NCBI GenBank assembly: GCA_964016885.1
Contig: OZ024761.1
Location: 30,938,001 to 31,002,000 of the forward strand
Origin: Eledone cirrhosa
Taxonomy: Eukaryota
DNA: 64,000 nucleotides
Reading direction: 5' to 3'
The notes under the pieces are model-generated. The model saw only the letters and a program-made list of their open reading frames with translations. It ran no database searches and had not been told where the DNA came from. Shown in pieces: positions 53,801 through 64,000 of the stretch (the stretch's first letter is position 1; each line of letters begins with the position of its first letter). Made by a program: the position numbers and the translations under genes.

Positions 53801-53806
53801 GTGTAA
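42384..53806 (-). CDS. DRAM: DRAM/TMEM150 (Frag1/DRAM/Sfk1) family membrane protein, 5'-incomplete, 6 coding exons in window
   Basis: Exons 53806-53739, 52321-52179, 49978-49813, 48385-48333, 44043-43912 and 42428-42384 join in frame: (S)YTAIEEPEKSIFSLCVNIGALLLGFNAYIRFLQV...RLNVAGLIIGILSAFGLCMVANFQ...PHYFGAFLAFGIGTVYCWLQTLLT...YLASTCTEWLLATMILVYVLTFVHNF. Hallmark VANFQ, H..GA.L.FG.G and EW motifs are present. Confidence 0.9.
43912..44043 (-). CDS. DRAM: DRAM-like exon (132 nt)
   Basis: TIHKDIYLASTCTEWLLATMILVYVLTFVHNFRHMALGPPNIRV|GTAAGT. Confidence 0.88.
45770..46585 (-). mobile_element. CR1-group LINE 3' fragment
   Basis: ECDLGITVSSDLRWTKHV, LYTAMVRPHLEFASSVW and TRGHAYKI...FRKHFFTLRVAEAWNKLP, frameshifted. 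A 3' end copy is also at ~48100-48290. Confidence 0.85.
47690..48070 (-). mobile_element. Non-autonomous Helitron-like element
   Basis: Minus-strand 3' end: hairpin tgacccaatgggtca followed by CTAG. TA-rich 5' end near 48070. Confidence 0.5.
48333..48385 (-). CDS. DRAM: DRAM-like exon (53 nt)
   Basis: Preceded by U12 branch point TACCTTAAC and AG; (F)ICTVIYYKLNKYEGSKY|GTAAGT; the phase fits both neighbours. Confidence 0.8.
49813..49978 (-). CDS. DRAM: DRAM-like exon (166 nt), followed by a U12-type donor
   Basis: AKLLKVPHYFGAFLAFGIGTVYCWLQTLLTRKIDCVCIQRTRLTISILISIILVI|GTATCCTT. Confidence 0.9.
50080..50390. mobile_element. pogo/Tigger-like MITE
   Basis: TA-CAGTGGAACCTTG.TTCATGAA ... TTCATGAACCAAGGTTCCAC terminal inverted repeat. 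Confidence 0.65.
52179..52321 (-). CDS. DRAM: DRAM-like exon (143 nt)
   Basis: GFNAYIRFLQVKASYTDITPKEKRLNVAGLIIGILSAFGLCMVANFQ|GTAAGT. Confidence 0.92.
52817..53600 (+). mobile_element. tRNA-derived SINE followed by an RTE 3' end copy (same family as 1337-2372)
   Basis: A/B boxes at ~52826-52880. 53147-53600 is similar to 1855-2372. Confidence 0.75.
53739..53806 (-). CDS. DRAM: DRAM-like exon (68 nt)
   Basis: ttccAG|T TAC ACA GCT ATT GAA GAA CCT GAA AAA...CTA T|GTAAGT. Confidence 0.9.
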
Positions 53807-54516
53807 CTGGAAATTAAAAATTAAAAACATGACAGGAAATATAAAAATTCAAAATTCAAAGTTTTTGTTAAAAAATATATATAGTGTATATAGTATATAT
53901 AAGTTCCCAGTCCACACTGTAAATGTGGTTGGTGTTAGGAAGGGCATCCAGCTGTAGAAAACCTGCCAGATAGTCCTATACGAGCTAGACACGGTCACCT
54001 GACCAATCTTGCCTCAAGTGGAACAACTCCCGTCTAACCCATGCTAACGTGGAAGATAGACGTTAAACGATGATGATGATACTGATGATGACCATGACTA
54101 ATGGAGAAATGTTGTGCTTAATAAGACCCGTGCTACCCTTGCAAGCAGGGAAAAGCGGATGTAAAATGATGATGATGTGATATATGTTTTATGTTTTAAG
54201 TATTTCCATACAAAAGATAAAGGAAAGAAGAGTGCTCTATGTATAGTACAGAGCTATTTAATTACATAATAAACAACACAATATAATTATTCCATTAGCA
54301 AAGGTTTCAGGAGACTAGGCAATCCTTACAGAAACACCCAGCTCGTTCATCATCGAAATCGTTAACGATTTCATCTGATGTACGAGCTGGATGTTTCTGT
54401 AGGGATTGTCTAGTCTCCTGAAACCTTTAGTAATGGAATAATTATATTGTGTTGTTTATTATGTAATTAAATAAATAAAAAATAGTATATATATATGTGT
54501 ATGTATGTATCAGCAC

Positions 54517-54839
54517 TTTACGTCCGCTTTTCCCTGCTTGCAAGAGTGTGACGGGAACTGATGCTGGCTTGATTTCTACAGCTGGATGCCCTTCCTAACA
54601 CCAACCTCATTTACAGTGAGTGCTGGGTGATTTTTTTTCCGTGGCACCTCCACGACCACTTTATAGTGGAATGATAGGGACCCCAGTCCCTATCATCTCA
54701 TTTCTACAGCTGAGTAAACTGGAGCAATGTGAAATAAAGTGTCTTGCTCAAGGAAACAACACATCACCCGGTCTGAGAATTGAACTCACAACCTTTCAAT
54801 TGCAAGGCCAATGCTCTAACCACTAAGCCATGTGCTTCC
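54517..54839 (-). mobile_element. tRNA-derived SINE (same family as 2421)
   Basis: Reverse-complement copy. Confidence 0.85.
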
Positions 54840-55436
54840 ATATGTATGTATGTATATATGTGTATATATATATATATATTTCATGGTCGGGTCGTTGGCG
54901 ACTAAACTGGCAACCCCACCAAGGTTTCTTGGTGAGGAGGGTGACTTTGGACATCCTGCAGGACTAAAAACAAAACCTGTCAAAGGGCAAAGGAGCTCTT
55001 AAGAGTCAATGGCCATCCAAAATCACTGGGAGAGATGACCCCTTAGCCTTTGTCAAGGCAGAATTCTAGGAGAAGGAAAACTCTGATATAACACCTGCAA
55101 CCCTGATGGTATCCAATGATGTTGACTTGTTCTTCTTTTTGGTAAATATCATCTTGGTTAAGAGAGTGGGACTGGCTTTGTGCAGTGCCTTTGCTCACTA
55201 TAAAAGCTTCACGGCACAGGCATTGCTTTATATCTGGAGATCTCTTTGCACTTGCCGTCACATGGTACCATGGGCCCAGCACTATGTGTCAATAATTGTC
55301 ACAAGTGTAGTGTTTGTACCAGAGTTTTCAAGTCGCTGGCTGGACTAAAAAGTCACACTCGTTCAGCGCATCGGTAGGGGTTCTCCTACATGGATATAAA
55401 GTAGTGGCCGTACTCGAAAACGAGTTGGCAGCCACC

Positions 55437-58057
<2,621 letters not shown>

Positions 58058-58284
58058 AACAATTAAGTTAAAGATGTACATCCATATATGTATACTGAAA
58101 TACTAGTATGTATATGAATACACACACGTATACATATGTAGATGTACCAAGTTTTTTTCACTGGTCACTTTACTGTGAGTGGCCAGCTATTCCGTATGTA
58201 AACACACAGACAAACCGGTTTTTAGAGTCATACTGGTTTTTGAGGGAAACACCTTTCCTCTATTCTCCAGAAAGCCAGACAAGG

Positions 58285-58329
58285 AATATTGAACTAGTTT
58301 CGTTGTTGTTACAACTCATCAGCAATATT
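58285..58329 (-). ncRNA. Minimal type I hammerhead ribozyme (first of 7 minus-strand copies; others at 58753, 59221, 59689, 60157, 60625, 61093)
   Basis: AATATTG-CTGATGA-GTTGT(AACA)ACAAC-GAAA-CTAG-T-T-CAATATT. Confidence 0.85.
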
Positions 58330-61300
58330 TACCTATCTTCCGGCCTCTCTAGAGAATCGTAAAAGCACATAGCGTTATATGCTTTTTCTATGAAAATTAG
58401 TAGTGGGCAGACTAATTTGCATAGAGTGTGAGTAAGTACCGGTTCAACGGAGACGATAAAAACAAATAACGAAACGAAATTAAATTTCGTTTCGTTTGTA
58501 ACTCACTTTTGTATGACTGACGCTTAAACAATTAAGTTAAAGATGTACATCCATATATGTATACTGAAATACTAGTATGTATATGAATACACACACGTAT
58601 ACATATGTAGATGTACCAAGTTTTTTTCACTGGTCACTTTACTGTGAGTGGCCAGCTATTCCGTATGTAAACACACAGACAAACCGGTTTTTAGAGTCAT
58701 ACTGGTTTTTGAGGAAACACCTTTCCTCTATTCTCCAGAAAGCCAGACAAGGAATATTGAACTAGTTTCGTTGTTGTTACAACTCATCAGCAATATTTAC
58801 CTATCTTCCGGCCTCTCTAGAGAATCGTAAAAGCACATAGCGTTATATGCTTTTTCTATGAAAATTAGTAGTGGGCAGACTAATTTGCATAGAGTGTGAG
58901 TAAGTACCGGTTCAACGGAGACGATAAAAACAAATAACGAAACGAAATTAAATTTCGTTTCGTTTGTAACTCACTTTTGTATGACTGACGCTTAAACAAT
59001 TAAGTTAAAGATGTACATCCATATATGTATACTGAAATACTAGTATGTATATGAATACACACACGTATACATATGTAGATGTACCAAGTTTTTTTCACTG
59101 GTCACTTTACTGTGAGTGGCCAGCTATTCCGTATGTAAACACACAGACAAACCGGTTTTTAGAGTCATACTGGTTTTTGAGGAAACACCTTTCCTCTATT
59201 CTCCAGAAAGCCAGACAAGGAATATTGAACTAGTTTCGTTGTTGTTACAACTCATCAGCAATATTTACCTATCTTCCGGCCTCTCTAGAGAATCGTAAAA
59301 GCACATAGCGTTATATGCTTTTTCTATGAAAATTAGTAGTGGGCAGACTAATTTGCATAGAGTGTGAGTAAGTACCGGTTCAACGGAGACGATAAAAACA
59401 AATAACGAAACGAAATTAAATTTCGTTTCGTTTGTAACTCACTTTTGTATGACTGACGCTTAAACAATTAAGTTAAAGATGTACATCCATATATGTATAC
59501 TGAAATACTAGTATGTATATGAATACACACACGTATACATATGTAGATGTACCAAGTTTTTTTCACTGGTCACTTTACTGTGAGTGGCCAGCTATTCCGT
59601 ATGTAAACACACAGACAAACCGGTTTTTAGAGTCATACTGGTTTTTGAGGAAACACCTTTCCTCTATTCTCCAGAAAGCCAGACAAGGAATATTGAACTA
59701 GTTTCGTTGTTGTTACAACTCATCAGCAATATTTACCTATCTTCCGGCCTCTCTAGAGAATCGTAAAAGCACATAGCGTTATATGCTTTTTCTATGAAAA
59801 TTAGTAGTGGGCAGACTAATTTGCATAGAGTGTGAGTAAGTACCGGTTCAACGGAGACGATAAAAACAAATAACGAAACGAAATTAAATTTCGTTTCGTT
59901 TGTAACTCACTTTTGTATGACTGACGCTTAAACAATTAAGTTAAAGATGTACATCCATATATGTATACTGAAATACTAGTATGTATATGAATACACACAC
60001 GTATACATATGTAGATGTACCAAGTTTTTTTCACTGGTCACTTTACTGTGAGTGGCCAGCTATTCCGTATGTAAACACACAGACAAACCGGTTTTTAGAG
60101 TCATACTGGTTTTTGAGGAAACACCTTTCCTCTATTCTCCAGAAAGCCAGACAAGGAATATTGAACTAGTTTCGTTGTTGTTACAACTCATCAGCAATAT
60201 TTACCTATCTTCCGGCCTCTCTAGAGAATCGTAAAAGCACATAGCGTTATATGCTTTTTCTATGAAAATTAGTAGTGGGCAGACTAATTTGCATAGAGTG
60301 TGAGTAAGTACCGGTTCAACGGAGACGATAAAAACAAATAACGAAACGAAATTAAATTTCGTTTCGTTTGTAACTCACTTTTGTATGACTGACGCTTAAA
60401 CAATTAAGTTAAAGATGTACATCCATATATGTATACTGAAATACTAGTATGTATATGAATACACACACGTATACATATGTAGATGTACCAAGTTTTTTTC
60501 ACTGGTCACTTTACTGTGAGTGGCCAGCTATTCCGTATGTAAACACACAGACAAACCGGTTTTTAGAGTCATACTGGTTTTTGAGGAAACACCTTTCCTC
60601 TATTCTCCAGAAAGCCAGACAAGGAATATTGAACTAGTTTCGTTGTTGTTACAACTCATCAGCAATATTTACCTATCTTCCGGCCTCTCTAGAGAATCGT
60701 AAAAGCACATAGCGTTATATGCTTTTTCTATGAAAATTAGTAGTGGGCAGACTAATTTGCATAGAGTGTGAGTAAGTACCGGTTCAACGGAGACGATAAA
60801 AACAAATAACGAAACGAAATTAAATTTCGTTTCGTTTGTAACTCACTTTTGTATGACTGACGCTTAAACAATTAAGTTAAAGATGTACATCCATATATGT
60901 ATACTGAAATACTAGTATGTATATGAATACACACACGTATACATATGTAGATGTACCAAGTTTTTTTCACTGGTCACTTTACTGTGAGTGGCCAGCTATT
61001 CCGTATGTAAACACACAGACAAACCGGTTTTTAGAGTCATACTGGTTTTTGAGGAAACACCTTTCCTCTATTCTCCAGAAAGCCAGACAAGGAATATTGA
61101 ACTAGTTTCGTTGTTGTTACAACTCATCAGCAATATTTACCTATCTTCCGGCCTCTCTAGAGAATCGTAAAAGCACATAGCGTTATATGCTTTTTCTATG
61201 AAAATTAGTAGTGGGCAGACTAATTTGCATAGAGTGTGAGTAAGTACCGGTTCAACGGAGACGATAAAGTGACCAGTGAAAAAAACTTGGTACATCTACA

Positions 61301-61576
61301 TATGTATACGTGTGTGTATTCATATACATACTAGTATTTCAGTATACATATATGGATGTACATCTTTAACTTAATTGTTTAAGCGTCAGTCATACAAAAG
61401 TGAGTTACAAACGAAACGAAATTTAATTTCGTTTCGTTATTTGTTTTTATCGTCTCCGTTGAACCGGTACTTACTCACACTCTATGCAAATTAGTCTGCC
61501 CACTACTAATTTTCATAGAAAAAGCATATAACGCTATGTGCTTTTACGATTCTCTAGAGAGGCCGGAAGATAGGTA

Positions 61577-61621
61577 AATATTGCTGATGAGTTGTAACAA
61601 CAACGAAACTAGTTCAATATT
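61577..61621 (+). ncRNA. Minimal type I hammerhead ribozyme (first of 6 plus-strand copies; others at 62045, 62513, 62981, 63449, 63917)
   Basis: Same 45-nt motif: 7-bp stem I, CUGAUGA, 5-bp stem II with G10.1-C11.1, GAAA, palindromic ACUAGU stem III, GUU cleavage triplet. Confidence 0.85.
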
Positions 61622-64000
61622 CCTTGTCTGGCTTTCTGGAGAATAGAGGAAAGGTGTTTCCTCAAAAACCAGTATGACTCTAAAAACCGGTTTGTCTGTG
61701 TGTTTACATACGGAATAGCTGGCCACTCACAGTAAAGTGACCAGTGAAAAAAACTTGGTACATCTACATATGTATACGTGTGTGTATTCATATACATACT
61801 AGTATTTCAGTATACATATATGGATGTACATCTTTAACTTAATTGTTTAAGCGTCAGTCATACAAAAGTGAGTTACAAACGAAACGAAATTTAATTTCGT
61901 TTCGTTATTTGTTTTTATCGTCTCCGTTGAACCGGTACTTACTCACACTCTATGCAAATTAGTCTGCCCACTACTAATTTTCATAGAAAAAGCATATAAC
62001 GCTATGTGCTTTTACGATTCTCTAGAGAGGCCGGAAGATAGGTAAATATTGCTGATGAGTTGTAACAACAACGAAACTAGTTCAATATTCCTTGTCTGGC
62101 TTTCTGGAGAATAGAGGAAAGGTGTTTCCTCAAAAACCAGTATGACTCTAAAAACCGGTTTGTCTGTGTGTTTACATACGGAATAGCTGGCCACTCACAG
62201 TAAAGTGACCAGTGAAAAAAACTTGGTACATCTACATATGTATACGTGTGTGTATTCATATACATACTAGTATTTCAGTATACATATATGGATGTACATC
62301 TTTAACTTAATTGTTTAAGCGTCAGTCATACAAAAGTGAGTTACAAACGAAACGAAATTTAATTTCGTTTCGTTATTTGTTTTTATCGTCTCCGTTGAAC
62401 CGGTACTTACTCACACTCTATGCAAATTAGTCTGCCCACTACTAATTTTCATAGAAAAAGCATATAACGCTATGTGCTTTTACGATTCTCTAGAGAGGCC
62501 GGAAGATAGGTAAATATTGCTGATGAGTTGTAACAACAACGAAACTAGTTCAATATTCCTTGTCTGGCTTTCTGGAGAATAGAGGAAAGGTGTTTCCTCA
62601 AAAACCAGTATGACTCTAAAAACCGGTTTGTCTGTGTGTTTACATACGGAATAGCTGGCCACTCACAGTAAAGTGACCAGTGAAAAAAAACTTGGTACAT
62701 CTACATATGTATACGTGTGTGTATTCATATACATACTAGTATTTCAGTATACATATATGGATGTACATCTTTAACTTAATTGTTTAAGCGTCAGTCATAC
62801 AAAAGTGAGTTACAAACGAAACGAATTTAATTTCGTTTCGTTATTTGTTTTTATCGTCTCCGTTGAACCGGTACTTACTCACACTCTATGCAAATTAGTC
62901 TGCCCACTACTAATTTTCATAGAAAAAGCATATAACGCTATGTGCTTTTACGATTCTCTAGAGAGGCCGGAAGATAGGTAAATATTGCTGATGAGTTGTA
63001 ACAACAACGAAACTAGTTCAATATTCCTTGTCTGGCTTTCTGGAGAATAGAGGAAAGGTGTTTCCTCAAAAACCAGTATGACTCTAAAAACCGGTTTGTC
63101 TGTGTGTTTACATACGGAATAGCTGGCCACTCACAGTAAAGTGACCAGTGAAAAAAACTTGGTACATCTACATATGTATACGTGTGTGTATTCATATACA
63201 TACTAGTATTTCAGTATACATATATGGATGTACATCTTTAACTTAATTGTTTAAGCGTCAGTCATACAAAAGTGAGTTACAAACGAAACGAAATTTAATT
63301 TCGTTTCGTTATTTGTTTTTATCGTCTCCGTTGAACCGGTACTTACTCACACTCTATGCAAATTAGTCTGCCCACTACTAATTTTCATAGAAAAAGCATA
63401 TAACGCTATGTGCTTTTACGATTCTCTAGAGAGGCCGGAAGATAGGTAAATATTGCTGATGAGTTGTAACAACAACGAAACTAGTTCAATATTCCTTGTC
63501 TGGCTTTCTGGAGAATAGAGGAAAGGTGTTTCCTCAAAAACCAGTATGACTCTAAAAACCGGTTTGTCTGTGTGTTTACATACGGAATAGCTGGCCACTC
63601 ACAGTAAAGTGACCAGTGAAAAAAACTTGGTACATCTACATATGTATACGTGTGTGTATTCATATACATACTAGTATTTCAGTATACATATATGGATGTA
63701 CATCTTTAACTTAATTGTTTAAGCGTCAGTCATACAAAAGTGAGTTACAAACGAAACGAAATTTAATTTCGTTTCGTTATTTGTTTTTATCGTCTCCGTT
63801 GAACCGGTACTTACTCACACTCTATGCAAATTAGTCTGCCCACTACTAATTTTCATAGAAAAAGCATATAACGCTATGTGCTTTTACGATTCTCTAGAGA
63901 GGCCGGAAGATAGGTAAATATTGCTGATGAGTTGTAACAACAACGAAACTAGTTCAATATTCCTTGTCTGGCTTTCTGGAGAATAGAGGAAAGGTGTTTC

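Noticed and set aside
58108-63669. Repeated 60-84 aa ORFs in the 468-bp units
   Set aside because: Short, no recognisable domain, some with non-ATG starts; they repeat only because the unit does.

Overview
AT-rich, repeat-dense animal genomic DNA. The SINE/LINE repertoire and the (TA)n tracts suggest a cephalopod such as Octopus (inference). Two spliced minus-strand genes can be reconstructed by hand. The first is a complete cytosolic HSP90 (6 coding exons, 19046-22218, 721 aa ending MEEVD, with an intron acceptor directly before the ATG). The second is a DRAM/TMEM150-family membrane protein gene (6 coding exons found, 42384-53806) with a U12-type minor intron; its first coding exon was not found in the window. 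The most notable structure is a near-identical 468-bp tandem array (58056-64000, about 12.7 units) in which every unit carries a minimal type I hammerhead ribozyme with a palindromic stem III (13 copies). This is the architecture of a non-LTR retrozyme or ribozyme satellite. The array flips orientation at a 4-bp microhomology (61265-61268) and probably lies in an intron of the DRAM-like gene. Also present: dispersed Penelope-type hammerhead palindromes, a 5S rRNA-headed retroposed insertion, a 91-bp minisatellite, RTE/CR1/CRE-like LINE remnants, tRNA-derived SINEs, and hAT, piggyBac and Helitron-like non-autonomous elements. All folds and family assignments were made by eye and need computational confirmation.
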